A stretch of DNA of 14,087 nucleotides from Nitrospirota bacterium (GTDB lineage Bacteria; Nitrospirota; UBA9217), in assembly GCA_963749655.1 (NCBI GenBank), contig CAVVOB010000037.1:1-14087 (forward strand). The letters are read 5' to 3'. The position numbers and the translations under genes are program-made. Under the pieces are notes generated by a model that saw only the letters and a list, made by a program, of their open reading frames with translations, was not told where the DNA came from and ran no database searches. This document shows positions 1-7,455 of this stretch, one piece after another. How positions within the stretch are numbered: the stretch's first letter is position 1; every line of letters starts with the position of its first letter.

Positions 1-131
1 TTGTTTGTTTGCTTGATGAAGTACTGTTGTCAAACATTATCGCAGGATTCTCTTCATACAAGAGTGCACCGGTGATAAAACAAAGGCGGTCCAGAATACT
101 GGTTGAAACACGTACATGAACGATGAGTTCA

Positions 132-154
132 CACGCCGAGAAGGGGTCGGCGTG
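132..154 (-). terminator. Hairpin downstream of hicA, possible terminator
   Basis: CACGCCGA (132-139) / TCGGCGTG (147-154) 8-bp stem, 30 nt after the hicA stop. No clear U-tract. Confidence 0.35.
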
Positions 155-184
155 GAATGACAAGTTGGAATTAATTCGGTTATT

Positions 185-400
185 CTACAAATCGGCAGGC
201 TGGAGACCCGTCTTCTTCGCAATGCGAGCAAGCATACGGGGACCTATTTCAGTACCATCATGAAAGGCGAAGACATAATCAGGCCATCCGGGCCGTGAAA
301 GAATGCGGTGGGAACCGGCAGTTTCTCGTTTGATAGACCAGCCGATATGAAGGAGTGCGGCAAGAACCGCGCGGGCTTTCGCGGAAGGCCATTGACTCAT
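185..400 (-). CDS. hicA: HicA family type II toxin (mRNA interferase)
   Basis: 71 aa with the GW...GSH motif (IGWSIKRETAGSHRIL) and the tail H-D-x-x-EIGPRMLARIAKKTGL. Its start overlaps the hicB stop (ATGA, 397-400). Confidence 0.92.
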   Translation of the reverse strand: MSQWPSAKARAVLAALLHIGWSIKRETAGSHRILSRPGWPDYVFAFHDGTEIGPRMLARIAKKTGLQPADL

Positions 401-597
401 GCAGTGACGGCGAAAAGTTCATCGAGTTCCGGAATGGTCTCACCATGATCTATCCGATCCGCAATCACTCGTAGAGCAAGAGCTTCAACTTTGGCGATGG
501 CATCTTCACGCGTTTTACCATAGGTTAAGACGCCAGGAAGATCGGATACTTCGGCAATCCAACGCCCGTCTTCTTCTTTCTCGATATCTATCTTCAT
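397..597 (-). CDS. hicB: HicB family antitoxin (short form, no C-terminal DNA-binding domain)
   Basis: 66 aa, EKEEDGRWIAEVSDLPGVLTYGKTREDA is the typical HicB N-domain. GAGGAG RBS upstream. Confidence 0.92.
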   Translation of the reverse strand: MKIDIEKEEDGRWIAEVSDLPGVLTYGKTREDAIAKVEALALRVIADRIDHGETIPELDELFAVTA

Positions 598-611
598 TTT
601 AATCTCCTCTG

Positions 612-660
612 ATGATAAATTTAGCTGATTATGGGGCTGTTTGCAAGCCTAATTTATCAT
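612..660 (-). promoter_or_regulatory. sigma70-type hicBA promoter bracketed by a 10-bp inverted repeat
   Basis: Minus strand TTGCAA (646-641)-N17-TAAATT (623-618). Perfect inverted repeat ATGATAAATT (612-621) / AATTTATCAT (651-660). Confidence 0.55.
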
Positions 661-1045
661 GGGCGGGGCGGTTTTTTCACCTGTTAAGTGAAACCCAACA
701 CAATTATCACCTGCTTTTGAGCCGTATCATATGCATCGGGTTACACCTTGCCCTACCCGACCTCCCGTTTATCTTCTTATCCGTCCGCATGCTCTCGGAG
801 CGCGACAAGACCGTTGACATGATCCTCGTTTGTGCGGCAGGGTGATGCTGCATTACTGAAGCCGGAAGGGTTGAGGAGGTTGTAGGGCTTGTTCTGTCAG
901 TGGGAGATCGAAATAAGTGGCTTGTGAATTACACCTACGAAGATGCATGCCGGCTAAAACGGAAATAGTGCTGCTTACGGCTTGAAAGTTGATAGCGCGA
1001 CGAACGCGATACCCGCTGTCACTCCGAGAATGGCAATTTTCAAGC

Positions 1046-1133
1046 TTGTAGGTTGGGCTGAACGCTTTATGTGAAGCCCAACGCATCATGACCGGGAAAT
1101 GTTGGGCAGGTAGGCCTTTTGCCCAACCTACAA
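1046..1133. repeat. REPIN-like element (inverted pair of GTAG REP palindromes)
   Basis: 13-bp perfect terminal inverted repeat TTGTAGGTTGGGC / GCCCAACCTACAA. Each half has its own hairpin (GTTGGGCT..AGCCCAAC and GTTGGGCA..TGCCCAAC). Confidence 0.8.
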
Positions 1134-1344
1134 ACTATATTATGGGACCGACGCAGTGAAAAATTCACCTACGAAGTTGCACTGGTGGTCCGTTCATGAT
1201 TCTGAAAACTTCCGGTTGCAGCCTTTTTCATGTTATCAGACATCGGAATCAGGATATTTACCGACTCGCCTAGTGATGGTACATATTTACTTGTCCTATC
1301 TGAGGAGTCCAAACAGCCGGCTGCGTGTTTAAAGGCATTTCCGT

Positions 1345-1488
1345 TTAACGCGGACACGCCTTGTACGGCGCATACCGATCACTACTGCAGCATTCTCCAA
1401 ATTCAAATAAACTCCGGACATAAACCTCTTTGCGAGCTGAGCATGATGCTGTGCAGCCTCCTTCATTAGCATCCTGTGGCCACGCCAC
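1345..1488 (-). pseudogene. Small Cys-rich ORF (47 aa), degenerate paralog of the 10954-11166 protein
   Basis: Manual translation from GTG: VAWPQDANEGGCTASCSARKEVYVRSLFEFGECCSSDRYAPYKACPR*. Shares motif spacing with the 70-aa protein but lacks the N-terminal CP and a good RBS/start pair. Confidence 0.5.
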
Positions 1489-1818
1489 GGGTGAATAAGC
1501 CCAATTCAGCGTGAGTGAAATAGTAACATTGCTGAGAGATCTCGGCGTTCATTTCTGGAACAATTCTTTTCATATAAGATTCGAGCTGAATTCAATGAAT
1601 ATGAAATTGTGCAATAAAAAGCTCACCGACGCATTTTCTGACTTATAATAATAAAAATGTCACCTTAGTCCGCCAAATTTGCTATCTTTATATCTATTGC
1701 ATATACGAATCCATCGAATGCTGCAGGAGAAAGAGAATTTCAACTAAGTCGGTATTCCCGACTTTTCTACGGAGAGGAAAGTACAATAATAGTCTGAACT
1801 GCCTTTGGGGAGTTGCTT

Positions 1819-2583
1819 ATGTCCGATAAACAGAAAGCTCTCGTTATATGCCGGACTCCAGCCGGTCGCATGTATTTGGGCGTCCTGCTCAATCGTATCT
1901 GGTATACACCCATCTTCGCAGAAAGCACAAGCGAGGCGGACACACTTGTGAAAAAACATGCACTCTCGGTAATTCTTTTGGACGGGGACATACCGGACAA
2001 TGACAGGGACGCTGCAGTTTCTTTTCTGAGAAATGATCCTGCATTGAAAGATCTGCCCTTACTCGTCGTTTTTTCAACGGAGAACAATGTCTTGCGCGAG
2101 TCATTGATATCAAAAGGATGCGCTGACGTTATTCAGAAGCCAATTGATTTATCCCAGCTCTACAGTATACTTTGCCGATTGAGCGATCAACCAAGACAGA
2201 CGCCGCGGGTCCCGCTCAGAACGCGCGTAGAGATTGGAAAACAGACCCAAAACATGTTCCTGACCAGTGTTGATATCTCAGAAGGCGGCATTTACCTCCG
2301 AACGTACACACCGATACCCGAGAATACAACCCTCCGACTTTCCTTTACACTTCCACATGACGCCAGCAGAATCAGCGTGGTGGGAGAAGTGGTAAGGAAT
2401 ATTCCGCTTGGACTGCAACTCGACACGGAACCGGGGATCGGACTCCGCTTCGTAGGGATATCAGAAGAAGCCAGGGGCAGGATCAGAGACTTTGTAAAAT
2501 TCTACGCTGATGAGCGATCTCGGATGGGATTTGAACTTACAGGAAGCGGTGTGAAGCCCCATCATCACGAGGTCTTCTCTTGA
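1819..2583 (+). CDS. Atypical receiver (REC-like) domain plus C-terminal PilZ domain protein
   Basis: PilZ motifs RQTPR (RxxxR) and DISEGG (DxSxxG), followed by GEVVR and GIGLRF. The N-half has ILLD, LKDLPLLVV and IQKP. GGGGAG RBS before ATG 1819. The extreme C-terminus may be frameshifted. Confidence 0.85.
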   Translation: MSDKQKALVICRTPAGRMYLGVLLNRIWYTPIFAESTSEADTLVKKHALSVILLDGDIPDNDRDAAVSFLRNDPALKDLPLLVVFSTENNVLRESLISKGCADVIQKPIDLSQLYSILCRLSDQPRQTPRVPLRTRVEIGKQTQNMFLTSVDISEGGIYLRTYTPIPENTTLRLSFTLPHDASRISVVGEVVRNIPLGLQLDTEPGIGLRFVGISEEARGRIRDFVKFYADERSRMGFELTGSGVKPHHHEVFS

Positions 2584-3068
2584 TCACCGCCTATTTTCGC
2601 CTGCTCACGACTCTCATTTATCGTCGTCTTATTCGATGCCCACGCATAATCAACGTACCCTAGAATCTGCGTCCTGGTCGCATCCGGGACCTGTCGAAAC
2701 TTTCTGAGGAGCTGTATTTCCTCCCCATTCATGATCTTGCCGAGATAGACGCACTGCTCAAAGGAAAGAGGCCATACCCGTTTCTTTTCCCAGGTTTTTG
2801 GCTTGTCGGCAGAGAGGAAATACCCCTTCACCTCAACAGGCACCTTCTCCCGGTGCGCTGCCAGGATCAAGGAGGTCTTGTCCAGTCCGAGATTGCCGGC
2901 TATTTTCCCGAGTGTCGCGTCCTTCGGGATGTGTTCGCACTTGACCACGCGTCTCAGAAGTTCCTGGCTGATGCCGACGGCCTTCGCGGCAGGCTTCAAC
3001 GTCTGCAAGCCTCTCTGTTCCAGGGCCTGCTTGATCAATTCTCCGATTTTAAAGGTGTCCTTTTTCAA
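2565..3068 (-). CDS. XRE/Cro-like HTH transcriptional regulator
   Basis: N-terminal IGELIKQALEQRGL..LKPAAKAVGISQELLRRVVKCEHIPKDATLGKIAGNLGLD. C-terminal EEIQLLRKFRQV..TRTQILGYVD helix typical of XRE repressors. TTG start with GAGGAG RBS. Confidence 0.8.
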   Translation of the reverse strand: MKKDTFKIGELIKQALEQRGLQTLKPAAKAVGISQELLRRVVKCEHIPKDATLGKIAGNLGLDKTSLILAAHREKVPVEVKGYFLSADKPKTWEKKRVWPLSFEQCVYLGKIMNGEEIQLLRKFRQVPDATRTQILGYVDYAWASNKTTINESREQAKIGGDQEKTS

Positions 3069-3480
3069 AGCCGTCTCTCTCCTCTATTCGCGCGCCGATG
3101 CCGATGAGCTCCGATACAAAAGATCCCCCTGTGGCTCACGCCGATATTCATATAAATATTCTATCACTTCATGGGGCGTTTTCTGCATATTACTGCTCAA
3201 ACGGCGGGGTATTTTTGGGGTATGTCAAAATATCGCCTGGACCGACGATTGGTAAACGCAGGGGTGGTTGGGCTGCGTGCAAGGTAACAGCGGTGTTGTG
3301 ATGCGGGTTGTGAAATAAACGGATCTTCAATGAGAGAATGAAATTTTACTTTCGAAATCCGCTGCTGTCTCCCCAGTTCAGGAAAAAGCTGGTGTCGTCG
3401 TTTATTTTCTTGCACGGGTATGTACAGGGGCAGGTTGTCTCTTCACCGTCTTAACGTTCACGCTGAAAGGCCGGACGCGC

Positions 3481-3750
3481 TCACGCTGGAAACCTCTTCG
3501 CAGTGCGCGCCCTCGCCTTGGCCGCCTCTTCCTCGCGGTTCCTCGGCGGCGCGCTGGTCTCGAGCGAGTCCAGCAACTTCCGTGAAGCAGCCGCCACCTC
3601 GCCCACGGCCGTAAGAAATGCAGCTTCGTTCGCTTTCGACGGTTTGCTGAAGCCGCTCACCTTTCTCACGAATTGCAGTGCAGCCAGATGAACTTCCTCA
3701 TCCGTCACCGGCGGTTCGAAGTTGAACAGGATCTTGATATTTCTGCACAC
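3481..3750 (-). CDS. DUF2277 family protein
   Basis: Signature MCRNIKxLFNFEPPxTxEEVxxAALQFVRKVSGFSKPSKANEAAF. GTG start with GGAGG RBS. Confidence 0.92.
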   Translation of the reverse strand: MCRNIKILFNFEPPVTDEEVHLAALQFVRKVSGFSKPSKANEAAFLTAVGEVAAASRKLLDSLETSAPPRNREEEAAKARARTAKRFPA

Positions 3751-3809
3751 AGGGATTACCTCCTCGTAAGGTGTTGGAAATGCCGGAAGGCCGCGAGCCT
3801 GACTCTCTC

Positions 3810-4793
3810 TTATCGTGTAAAGATCAGCCGGATCACATCGTCGACCTCCATCTCATGGATCAGGATGTCCTCGACCGGCAGGCTCGACGAAAGCACCCGC
3901 GAAGCCACGGTCTTCACGTCCTCGCGCGGCACCTTGAGCAGCGCCTGGCCTCCGCCGAACTTCACGACCTCGCCGAAGCGCTCCAGGTCCGCCTGCTTCA
4001 TATCGTCGTGAAACATAACGGTCAGCAGCTTGTGCCGGGCGTACTTCCTGATGAGATCGTCCAGTAAGCCGTCGTACACGATGGCGCCCTGGTCGATGAT
4101 CACGACCCGCTTGCACAGCTGGCTGATGTCCTCCATATAGTGGGAGGTCAGGACGATCGTCGTGCGCTTTTCGGCGTTGTAGGCCGCGATGAAATCCCGC
4201 ACGTTCTTCTGCGCCACCACGTCCAGCCCGATCGTGGGCTCGTCGAGTAGCAAAACGCGGGGTTTGTGGATCAGCGCGGCCACCAGCTCGCACTTCATTC
4301 TCTGGCCCAGGGAAAGCTTGCGCACGGGCACGTCGATGACGTCCTTCAGCATCAGGAGCTCGGTGAGCTCACCGAGGTTCCGCTTGAATTCGTCGTCCGG
4401 GATCTCGTAGATCGCCTTGTTCAGGGCAATGCTTTCCCGGGCAGGCAGGTCCCACCAGAGCTGGTTCTTCGAGCCCATGACCAGGGAGAACTGGTTTTGA
4501 TATTCCGCGGCACGGTCGAAGGGAACGTGACCGAGCACGCGGACGCTCCCCGCGTCGGGATACAGAATGCCGGCCAGGACCTTCAGGGTCGTGGTCTTCC
4601 CTGCCCCGTTCGGCCCGAGGAAACCGACGAGTTCGCCCCGGGCTATGGAAAAGCTGATGTCTTTCACCGCCTCGATGATCTTTGTCTCGCGCTTGAACAG
4701 TCCGGCAATCGATCCCCACAGGCCGGGCCGGCTCAGGGTATATTCGTACTGTTTCGTAAGGTGTTCAACTTCAATGTTCTGTATCAGTTTCAT
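3810..4793 (-). CDS. ABC-2 type exporter ATP-binding subunit
   Basis: Walker A GPNGAGKTT, signature LSLGQRMK, Walker B LLLDEPTIGLD, H-loop LTSH. Confidence 0.95.
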   Translation of the reverse strand: MKLIQNIEVEHLTKQYEYTLSRPGLWGSIAGLFKRETKIIEAVKDISFSIARGELVGFLGPNGAGKTTTLKVLAGILYPDAGSVRVLGHVPFDRAAEYQNQFSLVMGSKNQLWWDLPARESIALNKAIYEIPDDEFKRNLGELTELLMLKDVIDVPVRKLSLGQRMKCELVAALIHKPRVLLLDEPTIGLDVVAQKNVRDFIAAYNAEKRTTIVLTSHYMEDISQLCKRVVIIDQGAIVYDGLLDDLIRKYARHKLLTVMFHDDMKQADLERFGEVVKFGGGQALLKVPREDVKTVASRVLSSSLPVEDILIHEMEVDDVIRLIFTR

Positions 4794-4818
4794 GCTATCT
4801 GCGCACCTCGGGGTACGT

Positions 4819-5616
4819 TCAGCTCGACGCGCTGCTGTATTTTCTGAGCGCCCGGCTCCACAGGAACAGGGCGAGCTTCAGGAACAGGCCGGCATACATA
4901 AGAGCGAAGACGATCCATTTCCAGCTCATGATCTGAAGGGCTGCCTTGACCGGAAAGGCGACGATCGTGATGATCGGGATGATGATCATGAAGATCAACT
5001 GCACCGGCGCGGCATAGATCTCGGGAGGAAAGCGGCCGATGGTCATGGCCTCGCGGTAGACCCAGATGAAATTTTCGCTTTCGATCTTCCAGATCGTAAC
5101 GCTCGCGGAAATTATGTGGATCCCCAGGACGATGACCAGTCCCACGAGGAGCATCCCGGCGTAAAGGAACATGCTGGACAGCGAGTGCATGGCCGGGATC
5201 CTGACCATAACAAAGACGATCAGGGCGACGATCGGCGCCAGGAAGATGAAGTCCGCAATGTCGGTCAGCCGGCTGAGCGAATAGAACAAGGGGTTCACGG
5301 GCTTGCTCAGAATGAAATCGAAGTTGCCGGTCTGGATATCGCGGCGAAACAGATAGATCCCGCGGAAGAGGGCCTGGGAACAGACATCGATAAAATTGAA
5401 GGTGAGAAAGAAAAGCACTGCTTCATACTTTGTGTACCCGGCCAGACGGTCCGTGAACCGGAACAGGGACGCGATGAAAAGAAGAAAAAAACCGAACCGG
5501 ATAAGCTTGCCGACGAAAAAAGACGTGTAGTCGATGGCATTGGACAGGTAGGTCCCGATCGCCAGCCTGGTGAGCTGTTTCCAGATGCCGTAGTATTTAT
5601 TCACGAGCAATGTCAT
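4819..5616 (-). CDS. ABC-2 family permease (ABC2_membrane_6/DUF990-like)
   Basis: 265 aa, about 6 TM segments. Motifs IQTGNFDFILSKPVNPL, RFPPEIY and the C-terminal ALRKYSSASS. Confidence 0.9.
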   Translation of the reverse strand: MTLLVNKYYGIWKQLTRLAIGTYLSNAIDYTSFFVGKLIRFGFFLLFIASLFRFTDRLAGYTKYEAVLFFLTFNFIDVCSQALFRGIYLFRRDIQTGNFDFILSKPVNPLFYSLSRLTDIADFIFLAPIVALIVFVMVRIPAMHSLSSMFLYAGMLLVGLVIVLGIHIISASVTIWKIESENFIWVYREAMTIGRFPPEIYAAPVQLIFMIIIPIITIVAFPVKAALQIMSWKWIVFALMYAGLFLKLALFLWSRALRKYSSASS

Positions 5617-5665
5617 GATCCTCTAAGCGACTTTGCGGGCAGCAATCAAAGTTCAAACAACAATA

Positions 5666-5757
5666 TCCGCAGATTTCGCAGATTGACGCAGATGAAAGCA
5701 TAACAGAAATAATGCCGGCCTGAGCTTAAATTCAGCGAAATCTGCGCAATCTGCGGA
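5666..5757. repeat. Inverted element built from 3x ~9-mer CGCAGATT arrays
   Basis: TCCGCAGATTTCGCAGATTGACGCAGAT (5666-5693) and the inverted copy TTCAGCGAAATCTGCGCAATCTGCGGA (5731-5757), lying between the two permease genes. Confidence 0.8.
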
Positions 5758-5773
5758 CGAAAAGACTTCTCCG

Positions 5774-6574
5774 TTACATCCCCTCCCCGGTATACCGCTT
5801 CAATCCCCTCCTCCAGGCAACGGCAAGGACCAGACCGATGATTCCCGTCCAGAGCGCCTGCTGCAGGATGCCTGCTGCGGCTGCGGCGGGGCTCAGACGC
5901 CCCAGGTATATTTGAAGAGGAAGATATATGATGCCGGCAAAAGGCAATGCCTGCACAACCGCAAGGGCCGGCGCCGGAAGAATGTCGAGGGGAAAATAAG
6001 CGCCCGAGGCGAATTCGAGGACCCAATCGAAAAGGAACCGCGGCCCCATGGCCTCCCGTGACCAGAACGCCAGGAGGCTGATAAGATAGCTCATGGCAAA
6101 GAACAGCACCACTGCCATGGCAAGAGAAGCGATGAACAACAGCAGCAGAATGCCCTCGCGCTGCAGGAAGAAGGTGACCTGCAGCAGCAGGCCGAAGAGG
6201 ACGACCTCGGCGAGCGACGTCAGGAAACAGATGATCCGCGGGGCCAGCTCGGCGGAAAAGGTGCGAAGCAGGTAGCTCATGGGCATGACCAGGTACGCCG
6301 AGAACAGGCCTTCGTTGATGTCGATAACGACCTGCTTCGACTGGTTGCCCTGGATGATCGCCCGCAGGATATTGACGCCGAAGACATAGGTCACCAGCTC
6401 GTCGCGGGAATATCCGGCGAACATCCCGGTTCTCTTCGTAAGGGAGATCCAGACGAAGTACAGCAGCAGCATCGTAAGAATGTTTCGAAGCCTGCCGAGA
6501 ATGAAATTGAACCGATATTCGAGTTCCCGCTGCCAGCTGATCCTGAAAACGGCTATATACTTTGCGCAGTGCAT
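5774..6574 (-). CDS. ABC-2 family permease (ABC2_membrane_6/DUF990-like)
   Basis: 266 aa hydrophobic protein. Motifs LEYRFNF, INEGLFSAYLVMP, SGAYFPLDILP, LPF..IYLP and the C-terminal GLKRYTGEG. Confidence 0.9.
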   Translation of the reverse strand: MHCAKYIAVFRISWQRELEYRFNFILGRLRNILTMLLLYFVWISLTKRTGMFAGYSRDELVTYVFGVNILRAIIQGNQSKQVVIDINEGLFSAYLVMPMSYLLRTFSAELAPRIICFLTSLAEVVLFGLLLQVTFFLQREGILLLLFIASLAMAVVLFFAMSYLISLLAFWSREAMGPRFLFDWVLEFASGAYFPLDILPAPALAVVQALPFAGIIYLPLQIYLGRLSPAAAAAGILQQALWTGIIGLVLAVAWRRGLKRYTGEGM

Positions 6575-6733
6575 TCCACTCCGGTAGCATGGGTGACCAG
6601 GAATGTGTCGGTCGGACTCTTATTGTTCTTATTGTATCATCTCCGATTTAGAAAAACAGCAGGAGAGTACCGGAGAACGAGGCCGGGGATACCCGGTGCG
6701 AGGATCAAGATACGGGGTGATGGCGGGGGAAAT

Positions 6734-7254
6734 TTACTTGGGTTTCTTCAGCAGTTTACCGACAACGACGTTGAGCGGATTGGAACGGTCGAGAAAAGGG
6801 AGCGGCGGCGCTTTCCGAAGCCCCAGTTGCTTCATTTCCTTCTTGAGCTCGCTGTTGTTCTTGTCATAGCCCAATCCCTTTTCATAGGCCATGACCGCTT
6901 CTTTTTCTTGCCCGAGGCAAGATAGGCTTTCCCCAGATTGAGATAGAACACAGGGTAGAGCGTTGCCGCGGTCTCCGCGTCTTTGGGCTTGAATGCCGCG
7001 AGGGCCTTCCTGCAGGACTCGATGCCGCTCCGGTACTTTTTGTCCACTACTGCCTGCAGTGACCCGTAAAAAGAAAGGAGGACCGGCTCGTGGGGATAGT
7101 GCACGATTGCCTGGATAAGGACGCCGTAGGCATCCTTCTGCCTGCCCCCTTTCAGATGGGCCCGCGCTGCCCGAAAATACTCCATAGGCGTGGGCTGTGC
7201 CGCAGTCTCAGGCTCTTTCGAATTTTCAGGCTCTTTCCCCCCGGATTTTTCCAT
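6734..7254 (-). CDS. TPR-repeat protein (one frameshift at ~6903, probably a sequencing error)
   Basis: The TPR helix FYLNLGKAYLASGKK continues as KEAVMAYEKGLGYDKNNSELKKEMKQLGLRKAPPLPFLDRSNPLNVVVGKLLKKPK* if one A is added to the A-run at 6902-6906. Confidence 0.8.
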
Positions 7255-7260
7255 GGCGAA

Positions 7261-7269
7261 ATTCTAGCA
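7261..7269 (-). promoter_or_regulatory. Extended -10 promoter of the TPR gene
   Basis: TGCTAGAAT (TGnTAnnnT) ends 6 nt before ATG 7254. No SD sequence. Confidence 0.5.
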
Positions 7270-7337
7270 CGTCCTGAGTGCAAAAAAAAGAGGAAAAATC
7301 AGGGTTGCATTCCGATGCAAACCAAAAGCATTCCTGC

Positions 7338-7366
7338 TTGCCTCTCACAGGTCTATTGTTTATAAT
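7338..7366 (+). promoter_or_regulatory. sigma70 promoter of the oxidoreductase gene
   Basis: TTGCCT-N17-TATAAT, about 90 nt upstream of ATG 7456. Confidence 0.65.
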
Positions 7367-7455
7367 CCCGGCAAGGTGCCGCAGAAGGACATTTTCCCCA
7401 GGCCTCAAGCTGACTGCTGAATGCGAGCCTTGCTGCGCAGGCAGGAAAGACAAGC

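Noticed and set aside
1-37. Possible minus-strand gene start (MFDNSTSSSKQT...) running off the window
   Set aside because: Only 12 codons visible and the RBS is weak, so it cannot be supported.
612-1469. Short ORF-track ORFs 612-845, 853-1089, 1169-1357 and 1230-1469
   Set aside because: They run through promoter or REP DNA or are antisense to the Cys-rich ORF, with no RBS or motifs.
3251-3315. Possible c-di-GMP-I riboswitch (GGTAAAC...GCAAGG...GCGGGTTG)
   Set aside because: Lacks the GNRA-capped P2 and the GACGCAAAG core, and no plus-strand gene follows.
4567-5703. 378-aa plus-strand ORF and other long shadow ORFs (5646-6590, 8588-10045, 8719-9705, 11571-12467)
   Set aside because: Antisense or alternate-frame shadows of well-supported GC-rich genes, with low-complexity Arg/Gly/Pro composition and no motifs.
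6685-6720. Possible decayed heptamer array (GATACCCGGTG / GATACGGGGTG, 21 bp apart)
   Set aside because: Too degenerate to distinguish from chance.
6902-6906. Programmed frameshift or phase variation in the TPR gene
   Set aside because: The homopolymer is short and similar indels occur across the window, so sequencing error is more parsimonious.
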